From: the human T2T-CHM13v2.0 reference genome, Homo sapiens
Assembly (NCBI RefSeq): GCF_009914755.1
Contig: NC_060926.1
DNA length: 64,000 nt
Strand: one strand, 5' to 3'
Under the pieces are notes generated by a model. That model ran no database searches and was not told where the DNA came from. It saw only the letters and a list, made by a program, of their open reading frames with translations. The position numbers were made by a program, and so were the translations under genes. Positions 16,002 to 35,590 of this stretch are shown here, piece after piece (the first letter of the stretch is position 1; each line of letters starts with the position of its first letter).

Positions 16002-16786
16002 AGAAAATACCCAGTTGGTGCCTCTGCATCCCTTCCTGGTTTAACTCCCCATCGACACACCCACGACCACCTGTGGTGCAGACACTTGAGGCACACAGAG
16101 GGATCCCGGCCTGCTCTGTGACTCTCACCCTCTGTGGGCTTCAATCATGGCACCACACATCTGGCTTCCTGGGTGATGTCTTCTCTAAGGAAAGCACTCA
16201 GACCTAAAAACAAGTGCTTTTCAATTTTTTTTGTACCTCCAGGTAGATCACTATATCTTGCTGTCCAGTGATTAAAATCCTTAAAATATGATCCCCCTCT
16301 GCTGTCCTCTGCAGTTGTTACAAAGGTCATAAAAGTGTGCTAGGTGTTTATCCAGGAAGAAAATATATTTTTATTCTTTTTTAATAACAGGAGCAGGGGA
16401 AATTATTTGAGGAGGGAAATATGTGAGTAAACATCACATAAAACATGTGGCTGCTGTTTTAAAGTTATTTTCACACCTCAAAAGTATGAGTATTGGTTAC
16501 TACTAACCTGTTTCAGATAAGCTATCAACAATAATGCTGAATACAGTCTTAATACATGTCACTCAAATCTATTATGTCAGTACTTGGAATGATCAATTTT
16601 GTGTACAGGGATATTTTAAAGCACTTATCTATAGAAAACTTAAGCTAGTCATAATGTGTTCTTATTATGGAATTTGTTGTGGGGACAAGATTTCATAAAG
16701 CAGATTACATTTCTCATTCATAAAGCAATTGACAATATTTGATTTGCTTCTGATTTAAAATAAAAGCCCCAAAGGAAAACGTGTAG

Positions 16787-17110
<324 letters not shown>

Positions 17111-17861
17111 TGAGGGCTGAGAAAATAAGACAAGTTGGTGAGAAGGGAGAATGCCTTAAACGCCCAACTCCACCAGCAGCTGCACGTGTTTGGTATTTTC
17201 TCCGTGCCTTTGAGGCTCAACAGGTGTCTTGCTGGAAACTGAAGTTCAGTAAGATACGTGACTCACCAAGTGTGATATTTGTACTTGAGATATTGCATTT
17301 TTCAGAGTTTACTAAAAAAGGGAAAACTGATGGTTTTATATCAATGTTCTTACTGGGATGTTGTAATATCTTATTCAAGTCCAGGAGAGAGAGAGACACA
17401 AGAATCTGACAAAAAGAGATAAACATATCAGCCTTACTGATGATGAAGGCAAAGTTGAAAGAGGTGGCTTGAGGTGCAGAACATTGCGACTGCATATGCT
17501 AAGTCTCAGAATAAAACAGATAAGCCCACCCTGACACAGGCAGCGCCGGACACCTGCTGACCTCCCTGCTGGGCTAGACGTGGCAGCTGCAGACCAGGGC
17601 ACTAGTGCTTTGCAAGGTGCAAAGCCCAGTGAGAGGAGAAGGAGAGGGCTGGCTGGGCAAGGCCAATATTGCTCCCCAACCCTGAGTAGGGCTAAGTGAA
17701 AGAGTGGAGATTGACCAGGTGGCTAATTCTGATGAGGCTCCTCCCCATGGAATTCTGTTGGTTGGGAAAAGCAGCACTCCCTTTCCAAAGTGCTTATACA
17801 TTTTTGATTCTCTAAACATTCATACCTAACTACTTCGAGTCAGTTCTGAACATATAAACAG

Positions 17862-18200
17862 GGCTGGGTGCAATGACTCATGTCTGTAATCCCAACCCTT
17901 TGGGAGGCCAAGGCAAGAAGATCGCTTGAGGCCAGGAGTTCAAGACCTGCCTGGACAATGTAGTGAGACCCCGTCCCTACAAACAAACAAACAAACAAAC
18001 AAACAAACAAAAATTACCCAGGCATGCTGACATATGACTATAGCACTAGTACCAGCTACTTGGTAGGTTGAGGTGGGAGAATCATTTGAGCTAGGGAGTT
18101 TGAGGCTGTAGTGAGCTGCGATGGAGCCATTGCACTCTAGTTTGGGTGACATAGTAAGATCCCATCTCAGCAAAAAAACAAAAACAAACAATCAAAAAAA
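17862..18200 (+). mobile_element. AluJ element with (CAAA)n expansion in the linker
   Basis: gaggccaggagttcaag J-type diagnostic; TSD-like catataaacag / catataagcag. Confidence 0.9.
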
Positions 18201-19049
18201 GCATATAAGCAGGCCTTTTCCAACGTATACATATCAAAGTAAGACACTGCATATTGATTGCATATTGACTGCCACTCTCAACGTCATTTCCTGTGATGGA
18301 TGGAATAAATTCAGTGGTCAGTTCAGGGATCCCCATAGAGGAAGAAACGGATGACTCTTAATTTATTCACCAAAGATGGCCCCAGGTCCACTTCAGTGAC
18401 TTTCCTCTTACTCCTTGTACAAGTTGGCTTGCCAGGTCTTGACCAGGCCATGTCCAACGAATAGAGGCCATCTGAAGGGCTACCACACCCTTTATAAGGG
18501 ATTTTGATTTCTGCTTCATGAAAACTGTTACAGGCAACTCATCTGAAATAGGCTAAAAGGCACATTCTACCTTCTTTGATTATATTATCCTTTCTGCAAT
18601 TCATAGCTAATTCATATTCATACTGAATATGCTAATGATATATTATAATTACAATCACATCAATCAGAAAACATGCATCAATAATAAAAATTAGTCTGGA
18701 ATTTTAATTAGGCACTCATACAGGGTTTTGCAGTTGGTACAGATTTCCCAAAAGACCAAGCTCAAGAGTGGGATTATTAATTAATGAATGTATACATTCA
18801 GGCAAATATTAATTAGACAACCTTCCAGGGCAGTCCTGGGTGACCTCGCTGACTATGTGGACAAGCAGCCCCAAAACCTGGACTCCCAGTTTCTTGACCA
18901 CTCTAAGCGATGCATTATACCTCTCCCACTGGGCTCACACCTTCCTCTCCTAAAAGCCGTCATGGTTATTCCCCCATGCCTATTCCTCAACTTCTCGAGA
19001 ACTTGACTCTCCATAGTCTTCCAGTCTATCAACCAATCTAGATATCATT

Positions 19050-19700
19050 CGTGTATTCATCTTTAACTCTCATTTATTAATTTATTCAGTAGATATTTGT
19101 TGAGCACATACTGCGTGCCGGGTTCTGAAATAGGCACTTCAGAAAGAATTGCGTACACGACAGAAACAGTCTGTGTCCTCTTAGACAAAACAGAATTTGA
19201 AAAAAGGTTTAGGTTGAGTGATGACAGTACAGTGCATTGTGTAATTGCAAGTCGAAATGGGTGTTTGGAAGAAAGGTAACATGGATACAAAAAGGCAGGT
19301 GCCGAGGGAGCCTGGCCTGGTGTGGGGCTTTCTGGAAGGCTTCCCGGAGGAAGTGATGTGGGAGCCAAGATCTGAAGGATGGAGAGAGTTAACGAGGTGG
19401 GGGCTGGGGTTGTGGTGGTGGTGGGAACAGCATGTGCAAAGGTCCTGAGGTGGGAGGCACGCCTGAGGAGTGAAAGACAGCCGTGAGGGTGGGAATGGTG
19501 AGTGGGAGCTCAAGAACTTGTGAGGGACCAGCCCAGGAGGCTCCCTGAGCCCCGTTTGGTCTTGTTCAAGTGTAATGGGATATCATTAAAAGGTTTCAAG
19601 CAGGGAAAAAACGAGATGGAAGTTGTGTTCAGGACAGCTCACTCTGGCAGCAGTGGGGCAGAGGATGGAGGAGGCAGGAGTATGCAGGATGGAGTCCCAG
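19050..19700 (-). mobile_element. L2 fragment
   Basis: tcatttattaatttattcagtagatatttgttgagcac 3'-end motif plus ggaaggcttcccggaggaagtga; boundaries approximate. Confidence 0.6.
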
Positions 19701-20846
19701 CTAGGAGGGACTCCTGTGGCCGTCTCTGGGGTCCATCGGTTTACTTGCTATCCATATTCATTTCCTTCTTCTTCCTTTTTATTTCAAAGGAAAATAAAAA
19801 TAACCCCTTGGTACTGCCCACCTTCACTTGTGCCGTAGAATTTTGGGACCTTCACCCCTCCTCCCCGCCTGTCAGTTCTAGCTGGACCCCTATTCTTCAG
19901 TCTGAACAAAGGCTGCAGACAGATGAAGAGAGCCTTTCCTTCATGCTATCATCCCCACCCACCCTCTCCTTCAAAATCTCCATGTTTTGTCTTTGCCTGC
20001 AGTTTTCATTCATTTCCTCATCACCTACCTGGGTGCTTTGAACTAAGACCTCCATCACCACCTTTCCCAGGCAGCTGCAGCCTCAAAAGCTCACCTTCTA
20101 ATTTCCAAATCCAAGGGCTCTTTTTGCCACCTTCAAACAGCCAGACCCTGAGACTTCGTCTCCCACCCAGCGGAGCCTCTGCAGTTCCAGATCCTTATTT
20201 CCAAACGTTGCCAGGGAAACCCATCATTGCCTCAAACTCAGTCTAATGGAAACCAGACTTGCTCCCTTGGCTAGAAGGGGCCCTTCTCACCAAGCTCCAG
20301 CTGGGCTCGCCAGTGCTTGTAACCTTGAAATTACGGGGTTATTTACTTTTTAAAACGTCTTAAAATTAAACATTACAGAAAAATAACAAAGGACAATATA
20401 GAAAATTCTTTATCTGTTTCTCCAGTTTCCAAGCCTTCTTTCTTGTTTGCATTTGAGCTTTTATTTCCTATTGTTTAAATCTTTATGGGCACACTTGGAT
20501 GGTGTCTACAGTCTTCTATTGTCCCTTCTTTATTTACTTGGTCATTTAATAACTGAGCATCTGCCATGTGCCAGGCTTTGTGACACACACACACACACAC
20601 AGCACATGCACGCAGATGCACACATCTCTAGTCAAATGAGGCTCTCAGCTTTTTGATAGGGGCTTTTTGATACGTGTATAACCAATACTTTATTCTCACT
20701 GTAGTCAAGGACTCATTGCAATTCAGAAATGAGAAGCTGATCCGGAACTCCACTACAGGTGGTCTTTTTAAAAAGATCTCTCACAAAAAGAAAGAAGTTT
20801 ATGCTCCTCATGCCTAAAATCTGTTGGCTGACACTTTGTTCTTTAA

Positions 20847-20963
<117 letters not shown>

Positions 20964-22048
20964 TAAAAATAGCTCCTTTTGAAGTGTCAGCTTTGTGTTG
21001 CCTTCTGTGGCTTTTCATGACTTACATTTCTTTTATAAAACAGCTTTATTGAAAGGCAAGCTTGTACTTAATTTTGATGATCCTAGATTGGAAGCTAGAA
21101 TAACTACGCTTGTCCTGGTGAGGTGAATCTCCTTGGTTGTATGTATTTGATAGAATAATAATTTTTATGTCATTAAAATACTGGTCAAACAAAATCGCAG
21201 TAGTCTCCAAAGAGCTATTTCTAACAGTGGTTGAAAATAATTTTTTTATTGGGCCTCAGATTCCTTTGAGAATATGGCAAAACTATGGATCTTTGTCCTA
21301 GCATTCTACATATTTGTACACATATGCACACATACTTCACACCTAAGTAACTTTGCATTTAATTTCAGGGGTTTACAAATTTCCTGAGGCTTATGAATGA
21401 ACCTCAGGTTAAAAAATTCTCATTCATGATCTTTGCTGCTTTAGAATTCCGTAAAGTGGATGTTACCCATAGTAAATAGATCCTTGGTTGTCTAGACTTG
21501 AATTGTGTGACTGATAAATATAAATTAGCTAAAGTAGAGCCAGGCACGTTGGAAGTGCATTTAAAGCATCAGCAATTTATTAGAATCATTCTTATTGTAC
21601 TTGCCAGACATTTGGTTATAAAGGTATTTATTAAAATGGAATTATATCTGCACAGATACATAGATGCATAAAATATTAGCTCTGGAAAAGACAAGAATGA
21701 CATTGTTGTAAGGTGGCTTATTGTTTCGTAGATTTAGATGTAGCATAAGTCAGATATGGCCTTGAAATATAATACTATGGAATCTGAATCTATGGAAAAA
21801 ACCTTTACTATACCATTATTACACTGCTAGGATATGCAATGGAAAAACATTACTGTAGCCTGAGATGATCCCCATTATAAACTTTGGGACATACAGAATG
21901 TGGTTAAGAATGAGTGAAGATAGAGTGAATGACAGTTTGAGTGTCTGAATGTAAGAGAACATGATCAGCATTACCTGTGATAAACAGCTCTGATAATTGG
22001 CCACACTGAATGGTTCTCACTCTTATTTCTGAGCCTTTGGTGAGTTGA

Positions 22049-22252
<204 letters not shown>

Positions 22253-22696
22253 TGATCCATTTCCAACAAGGTCTTCAATACCAAATCTCTTAAAGGATTG
22301 TTCTGTTCCAGAATATCAGGATTGCTGAGGCTTAATTTCCTTGTTTGCAGCATGGAATCATAACATTGACTTAGTAGGTTTGTTGTGAAGAGATAATAAA
22401 AATAAATGGTATAAAATAACATCAACTCCACATTGCCTTCAGCTGCAAAGTGAGGGTGATTCTCCATCTGGGTGTAGAGATGCAGATCTCCTTCTGGATG
22501 TGTGTGGGCAGAAGTATGGGAAAAATATATGCTAGATGATTGAAAGTAGCTCAACTATAAATCCAGACGGCAGCACTCTTTTTGCTCCCTGCCCCCACCT
22601 GCCTAGCCAAATTCTGATTAGAGAACCGTCCGTAGTGAGATACATAAGAGACAAATAGAACAACTTGACTGACGCTCCCCAGTGAACGTCTTAGAG

Positions 22697-23187
22697 CAGG
22701 GGTGCCGGTCCATGGCCTGTTAGGAACAACAGGAAGTGAGCAGTGGGCGAGCAAGTGAAACTTCATCTGTATTTACACCAGCTCCCCATTGCTCACATTA
22801 CCGCCTGAGCTCCGCCTTCAGTCCGATCAGTGGCGGTATTCGATTCCTATAGGAGCGTGAACCCTGTTGTGGACTGTGCATGTGAGGGATCTAGGTTGTG
22901 TGCTCCTTATGAGAACCTAATGCCTGATGATCTGACACTGCCACCCATCACCCCCAGATGAGACTGTCCAGTTGCAGGAAAACAAGCTTGGGGTTCCCAC
23001 TGGTTCTACATTATGGAGAGTAGTATAATTATCTAATTATATATTACAATGTAATAATAATAGAAATAAAGTGCACAATAAATGGAATGCTCTTGAATCA
23101 TCCCAAGACCATCCCCCCAGCCTGGTCGATGGTAAAATTCTCTTCCAGGAAACCAGCCCCTTGTGCCAAAAAGATTGGTGACTGCTG
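22697..23187 (+). mobile_element. MER1A hAT-Charlie DNA transposon
   Basis: caggggt...gactgctg termini; 8-bp TSD tcttagag / ttttagag. Confidence 0.85.
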
Positions 23188-24032
23188 TTTTAGAGCCAGA
23201 AACTCAGGACTTCCCCTAGCCACATGAGTACCTTCAATATGGAAGTTGCACATGCAATAAAAAGTGTTTTTTTTCTTTCTAGCAAACTGCATTTTCTCAC
23301 TTTTCAATGTGATTAGTGTTTTAGGATTGCATTTTCCAGCAGTATCCTCCCGTGTACAACTAAAGTGCAGTCAGCCCTAGGAGCCTTGTTCAATGAAAAT
23401 TATTATAAACCATCACACTCAGTTTTATAAGGCTGCTTCTTTGTTTTCAGCTTTTCCAAGTTAATTTCAGTCATTAGGGGGCCGTGATAATATATGTAAT
23501 TTTATACATGTATGTATAGATTTGAAGGTGCATATATTTCATAACTTTCATTCTTGGCAGACAGGGTCAGAAAACACTTTCAGGCCTATTGTTGTATAAT
23601 CAAAGACTAAGACTCGATTTATATTAACATGCGATCAGTTTTAATGAGAGCAGCATAAATAAAGTAATGGCTTATGAATTTTTAAATTATTCATTCCCTT
23701 AGCAAACATTATCTTGTGTGTGGTGTTTGCAGCACAATGAACCCCGCTGCACATTGCAAGGCTTTAATTAGTGGAGGGAAAGTGGAACTATAAGTAGGTC
23801 CAGTCAATTGATTCATAAATGAATTACTGTGTGTGAAATGTTCTATTTAAGTGAGGTCAGATGGTACAAATAAACTTAGGCACATCGTGAATGGTACATT
23901 TAATTTTACTAACTCAGCTAAAGATGGTTAAGGGTTAAGGGCACAATGGCTAAGGAAATGGACTCTGGAGCCAGCCCATCTGCATGACTTTGGGCAAATT
24001 ACTTAACCTCCCTATGCCTCAGTTTCCTCCTC

Positions 24033-24827
<795 letters not shown>

Positions 24828-25325
24828 ATCATCCGAAAATGGAGATGACGATAATAGCAGTACTTATCTCCTTGGGCTGTTATGATGATTAAATCAGATA
24901 ATATTTCTAAAGTGCTTAGAACATTGGCACATATGAAGCATTATTTGTTTAAAAATAAAAATATCTGGAATGCTGATAATATTTCTGTGACCTTTTACAG
25001 TGCCCAAGCAGTTTCTCTGTGTGTGTTTACTTGCCTGTCATACCAGTCCACAACATGGATGATCCCCTTTGTGGTTATTAAATCAGGGCTCCATCGGTAT
25101 CATGGCAGGGGGAGTTGCTGATAGTTTTTTGAGGGCCTGGTCTGAACTTGAATCTCTGAGAGGAATTTGACCTGTGTTAGCTTATTTCATCCTCGCAACC
25201 ATCTATTTCTTAGAAGAGCAAACCGAGGCTCAGAGACACAATAATCCAGGTCACATGGCTGGAAAATGGTAGAATCAAGGTTGAGAGCAAAGATGTGACT
25301 GACTGCAAAGCCTCTTCTCATATGC

Positions 25326-25503
25326 TGGTGGTTCTCAAGGTGTGGGTCCTGGACTGGTGGCGGCCTGGGAATAACCTTGGCACTTGTTACCTTGGAAATC
25401 ACCAGGCTCCACCTCAGATTTGCAGAAATTCCAATACTGACTCCCAGCATTCTGCATTTACCAGGCCCTCTACATGATTCTGATTAAAGTTTGAGAACCA
25501 CTG
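25326..25503 (+). mobile_element. MER5A
   Basis: TIRs gtggttctcaa / ttgagaaccactg. Confidence 0.75.
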
Positions 25504-25757
25504 CCCTATGCTAGCAAGTGTGTGACCAGTGGAAAGGCCATTGGATTTAGAAAGAAAAGGGAAATGCTGGACATGAGGAACACTTCCTTTAAGGACAGAG
25601 GAGAAATCATAGCTGCCATCTTTCCAGAGGTAGCCCCCTCTTCCCCTGCTGAGCTCTGCTGCATCCACAATGTGGGGACTCAAGGGACCCTTGACAACTC
25701 CTTCTCTAGGCAATGTGTGATCCCCATGAGACCAACATTAGGCAGGAACAAAACTAA

Positions 25758-26990
<1,233 letters not shown>

Positions 26991-27714
26991 GTGATCTTTC
27001 TTAAGATTATCGGTAAGTTCCTATGGGCTAAGTTTTATCAGAAGCCCAGAATGTAGAGCTAGAGATAGACAACAATCAAGTATTATTGTCAAATGTTCCA
27101 GTGACTTATTGGTATGTAACAAGAGCAGACATTGGTTTGGTGGCATGTGGTTTGCATATAGTTTGATGCATTCTATTTTAACACCTGTATTTGAGAATGC
27201 AGTCACCATAATAGAAGGTTCCTGGGCATCTGTGAAGGGCAGCAGATCCCACAGTGCAGCGTAGAGACAGCACTGGTGGCTGGGTCATAATTGGTATCTG
27301 CTGTCAACTTCAAAGAGGTGGTTCCAGCTCTACTACTACCTCCACACCCCCACCCCCGATTGAGTATTTCCTCTATGTCTCATACTGGGGAAAATTTTTG
27401 ACCAACATTATCTCTACATGGGTGTATTTATCTCCATTTTAGCAAGGGGCCAAGTCACATCCAAATTCACATCTGGCTGATGACAAAGATTTCACCATGC
27501 CATTCTCCTGTTTAGAGGTTTGAACTGTAATCCTCTGTTGTGTTAAAACGGAAAAAAGATAAACTTCATTCTCAAGACAGGATTGAAAGAGAAGTTGAAG
27601 ATATTATTACTCTGTGGCTGGAAATACAGTGCTACTGAGGAAGAAAAATGCCCAGTGCTTTCCTTACCATATTTTTATAGTATTGTTAGTACTGTCTCTG
27701 TTCTTTCTCCTTAG

Positions 27715-28047
<333 letters not shown>

Positions 28048-28178
28048 TGAGGCTTCCCTCATAAGATATCTCCATTTTCCCTACTCCCTATCTTATTGCC
28101 ATAAAATACTTAACACACTGACAATGTTAATTTTTTTAACTCCCTTTATTTAAGATAAGGTGTCTGTCTATAGGGTGA

Positions 28179-28867
<689 letters not shown>

Positions 28868-30199
28868 TCAGGTTTTCTTAATTGCAGAGCTTAGTGTGGT
28901 ATACTTTCTGAAGGTATCTAACAGGGAATAGGGGCAAACAAATAGCTGCATGCTCCTGTCATAGTCCACCAGCTATGATCTGCTTAAAACAGCTGCCTGC
29001 TGCCCATGCGTGTGAAGGACTGAAGAATGGACACGTGTTCTTTTGTGAGTAAAAGGGGAAGTGGATATTTTCAAAGGGATAAATCTGGATATTCACTTGA
29101 GACAATTTTGTGGCTGTAACACCTATAATCCTGCAGAACTTCTCATTTTAAGTATAGGAAGGCCCAGTTTCCAATTGCCAGCACCTGTAACTCTTTGCCG
29201 AAAGTTTGTCCTGATCAGAGCCCAGTAGCGTACAAATACCCCCACTTGAAGGAGCTGACTTTAAGGTTTGTGCTCTACTCTGGCTCCTAGAGTTGGCTAG
29301 TGGGGCTAATCTCTAGTTATCCACCAAGAGAATTGACTTGATAATGCACTTTTTATGGGGTTCCCTTTTGTTCTGGTATCATTTCCTCAGTTCTCCATTG
29401 GTTTCCTTGAGATCGTGTCCAAAATAAACGACTTGCCTCAAATCCTTGTCTCAGATTTCTTCTGGGGAAACCCAAACTAGGTCATTATCCTTTGTAATTA
29501 TGGAATTTTTAGAGTGCGTGTATGTGTGTTGCAAAAATCTAAATGCATTAGGTATTTGCAGGAATTGGAAGTGTTTAGGGAGCCTCTGTTCGACTATATT
29601 CATGTGAAATTTCTCTGCAATATGCATAATATGCCTCATGCATTTTATACATTGGTAAAACCTGTAAAGAAGTTGAAAAGGAATATATTATATATATCCA
29701 TTTAGTTGTTTTCTACCTGAAAAGTTTCCCTTGAAAGGTACAGAATGGTGAATAGGAGCTGGGATTCTAATTGATAGGTTAGGCATCGAATCTTTGAATA
29801 ACAGTCCAAAGAAATAAGCCACAGTTTTATGTTGGGATAATTGAACTTAAGCCATAGGAAAGTTGGAATCTAGTTTGAAGAATTTTTTTCTAGAAGAGAA
29901 ACAGAGTTATATGATGAGAAGGAATTGCCTTCTGTCAGCCTGTCAGGAGTCATTCAGTTTTCAAATTGCTCTCAAGGCTTTTTTCACCCTTTATACCTTT
30001 TCATCTAGTTGTACTTTGTCTTTTATGACAGATGAAAGATTTGGTGTCAAAATTAGACCACCCAATGAGTTGCAGAGATGAAAATCCCATCACTGTACTG
30101 TGAGAATGGAGTCATGCACAAAGCCACAGAGCCCTCCAAACATGGGCTACTCTCCTAGGGCTTCCTGATCCCAGAACAGTTTCCATTTGCACATGCTGA

Positions 30200-30403
<204 letters not shown>

Positions 30404-31195
30404 TAAAACATCATCAGTGAAATGGGATGTCTGAGTTCAGATGAACATGGTCTCTGTTCCATGTTGGTGAAGGAGTGCTTGGGAGGGACCGTCCCCGGAA
30501 AGTAGTCAGGCTTGGGGGGCAGTCCAGTAGGCACCTGCTTCTCAGGTGTGTGTGGGTGTGTGATTGTTTTCCAAGTGGAAAAGGTATTCACATTTGATTT
30601 TAAAAATTAATTTCCAGCTTTATCGCATTATGGACGGGAGGTAGGGCCTGTAAAAAATTCCGCTTTGGAAAGTTTATGGAGAATTTTCCTTGTGATTTAG
30701 CATGTAAGGACTTTTGTAAATGGTTTATGGACACTCACATTACTTTATTTTGAGAGATAAGCTTAGATATTGAATATTGAATTCACACACTCAGTCTTAA
30801 AGTTACGTTGTTCAGGTCTTCTGTGTTCTTACCCAGGCCCCACTCAACCTTTGAGCTATTCCAGTATGAGAGTGAATTAGACCTCCCACTATCACGGTCT
30901 TACTGTCATTTCTCATGGCATTAGTCTTAATATTTTTTATATGGTAATTCTATGTTCAAGACTGTGAACATATTCAGGTTCCAAGTTATTTTGTGTTCAT
31001 TAAAAATTTTACTTTGAATCATTATGAATAGTTCCTAGGTTGAGCTTCGGGCTCCCTGACCCCAGAGCAGTTTCCATTTGCACGTGTTGACCATATTCTC
31101 TAACCCGTCCCATAAAATTGATTCTACTATTTCCTGCTTTTGCCATGAATGTTCTTGTTGGACATTAATGTTGACTTGACCACTTCAAGGGATTA

Positions 31196-31818
<623 letters not shown>

Positions 31819-32026
31819 TGAGGGCTGCAGACCACAAGGTCTGGATGCGACAATCTCCTTGGTCCTGGCACATATGGAATTTTCCAAGAATGAATGTGGG
31901 AAATCTTGGGCTCTCTGATCCCATGGCCACCCAGGGCCATACCCAGGCCCAGTTCTAAGCAACTCAGGGAGCACTGGACTACTTTTTTTTGTGGGGGGGG
32001 GGTGTTTCTGGATGCCGTTACAACAT

Positions 32027-32340
32027 TGTGACAGGGCTGAGATTTTACCTGACTTGTGCCCTAACCAGTTAGCCTGCCAGTTTCATATGCACACACTGCC
32101 AGAGGACCCAGCCCCTGGGCCTGCGACACTCATGGTTTCTTACTCATGGCAAAAGCAGCAGCCTGAGTAGCATCTGGGATGCTTCCCCTTGCCTCGGTTC
32201 CCAAGGGGTAACTCGAATAACAGTTGCCCTGCAGCTCCCTGAAGTTAGGACATGCTGAGCTTCTATCAGGGCTGCAGCTGAGATTACTTATTGCCTGGAG
32301 TGGACGATACTGCACTAAGCATTGCTCTCCTGGCATGTCT
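32027..32340 (-). mobile_element. MER76-like ERVL LTR fragment
   Basis: gagattttacctgacttgtgccctaaccagttagcctgcc resembles the recalled MER76 end; far boundary uncertain. Confidence 0.45.
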
Positions 32341-32767
32341 CAGGACGCCTGACTGCTGTTTGCTATTCAGTCCTCGAACAAAGCTTGCCAGTGCCCTTTG
32401 CACAGAGGCCTCGATCATTCAGGAAGGTGAGAAATCCAGAACCGATTACCTCTAAACAGCATTTTAAATGAGAATTTCAGGCCTGCTCAGTTTTTTCCAT
32501 TTTCACTTGAGTTTTAAGTTTGCAACGAGGTATTTGCATCCAGGTTTGTCTAGTGTCTTATCAAATGTAAACATGCTCATGAGTTTAGCTTGTCCATGTT
32601 GGAAAAAAGATGTCTAATTATTTCTTTTAATTTATTAAAATTTCAAAGCAGTTTATTTCTGGATAATTAGGCAATGGCTCCTAATAGTTTTACTTTAAAA
32701 AAATTTCCCTGAGGATCTACACTGCAATTTCTTTGTCATTAGGTGATGAAATGTAAGCACACACTAA

Positions 32768-33086
<319 letters not shown>

Positions 33087-33428
33087 TTTTTTTTCCTCTG
33101 TGCCTTATCTGCCAAACAACCTTGCCAAGAAGGCGTAGAGTTCAAATGAGATGGAGGAAGGGCTGCTCTGATTACGGGGGGGTCGGGGGGCGGCGGTGGG
33201 GAGGTGCAGAAGGTTAGATCCCTTCTCAGTGGCTGAGGCTCTTCTGCCTGAGCCCAGATGGAAGCCCATCAAAGAGAGGGGCTCCCTCTGTCCAATGCAG
33301 CTCAATCCAGTGAGCAGTTATTGTCACCTGCTGCCATCAGGAGCTCTGCTGGGTTTGTCTTGCCTTCAGAAAATTCTGCTATTCAGTAACAAATTGTGTT
33401 GTGATGGCATTTTCTATGCCTTTTGTAA

Positions 33429-33770
<342 letters not shown>

Positions 33771-35139
33771 TAGTAAAAACAAACCTTATTCTCCAATATA
33801 AAAGCCATAGAAGGAGTGGTTTGGTGATGATGTGGGAGATGGCCAAGTATAGGCATTGGTCGAAATCCATGCTTTAAGAGATGGTGCAGGACAAAGAATA
33901 TTCTTTGAGTTTCCACTAAGCAAACAACACAGCATCATAATTATGAGCTGTGTCTCTGGATCCCACTGCCTGGGTCTCCATCCGCTGTACCCCTAATGAA
34001 GTGTGTGATGATGGGCCAAGTTACATGAGCTCTCCGAGTATTAGTTTCCTCATCTACAAAATGGGGATAGCAGCAGATAAAGGGTTATTGTGAAGATTTA
34101 AGGAGATAATATGTGAAAGGTGTTGGTCCTTTATTTAGCTATTGCTATTGCAGTTATTATTAGTAGTGATAGCAGTAGGGAAACTATTGTGAAATGGGTA
34201 AAAGCTGTCTAGAGGCTTTCTGCACTGAAGTGAATGAATCGTAGTTTGCACCTGGTGTCTTAGGCTGCAGAGCAGAGCTTTTCACCCACAGTTCCAGTTG
34301 TAGAAATGTGGGTGTGAGAAGGGGAGGGGGAAAGGAAGAGATGGAGAGACCAACGCTTGTCAGCCACAGCTGCTATACACTAGGCCACATTTCATCTTCA
34401 CAGCACCTGTGGGGATGGGTGCCATCCCATTTCACTGAGGAGGATGCAGGAGCTCAGAGAGGTTCTGGAATGTCCTTCCAGCTTGCACTGCTGTGAAGTA
34501 GCAGCACTAGGATTGGCTCTCATGTTGATTGCCTGCAACTTTCATGTCCTAGACTTTCCATGATATCATACAGCCAGATGTTTACGAACAAAACCCATTT
34601 ACTACTGCAACTAAGCTAGACTAAATGAGAGCATTGATCCATGACAAGGAGCATGCGGAGAGCGTCTTGCTATTGCTCAGTTTTAGCCTCTGCTGCAGTG
34701 TAGTGGGTAGAAGTAAGGCTGGTGCTGGAGTCGGGGTGTGCCTGGGAGGCTGGGGTGGCTTCCCAGGTGGGTCACACTCTACTTATGTCTTCCTGGGCCC
34801 CAAACCCTATCTCGCTTGTGTCCCAGAACTTGGGGCCCTGGGGAGTCTGGCTTTTACTCCTGTCCAGGTTCACAGATCCTGAGGTTTCAATCAGATGCCA
34901 GGTCATTCATTTCACTGAAAATCTTACTACCAGGCCACAGGATCACCCAGTGGGCCTGGCCAGGGAGTTTTCTTTCTATAGTCAGGGTGCTGTGTGGGGT
35001 CAGAATGCTGCCAGTGACCATGGAACCCAACCCAGTGCTGTAATTTCCGTGACTGGGGCCTGACGGTGATGCTCAGTGATGGCCTGGCGTCTGCATCACC
35101 CCAGCAGAATAGGAGAGTGAGGAAGACTAAGCACTACCT

Positions 35140-35590
35140 GTCTCCGTTGCCCGCCACTCCCGCACCCCCTCCCAAGAAGCAAACCCCAAAGTGAGGATGT
35201 CAATACAAGGAGTTTATTCTGGAGGTGAACCTGGGAAGCACAGGAGGCACCAGTGAGACAGGGAAGGGACAGGGACAGACAAGATGTGCTGATGAGGAGG
35301 TTGCCACTGTGGGCACCCGGGGCTCAGCCTGCCAGGGACCTCTGGGAAACTGTAGAACCAGCTTCAGTGTTGCCCGGCCCAGTGCAAAGCAGTCGGCCAT
35401 TTACCCACCAACTGCAATTGGTTGTTTGTGGAAAGCTGACACCTTATTCCAGGACACTAGTCCTCATGGGTCAAGCACGCACCTGGCTGGAGTAGCCCTA
35501 GGCAGGGGCCCTCAGAAGCAGCCATCCTCCTCCAAGGGCAGGGCAGGTGCCCAGGGCCAGAGGGGTGCATGTCAGTCCCAGCCCTCCTAG
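35140..35590 (-). mobile_element. LTR33-like ERVL LTR
   Basis: cccaagaagcaaacccc...gagtttattctggaggtgaacctgggaagcac...gtgagacagggaagg. Confidence 0.55.
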
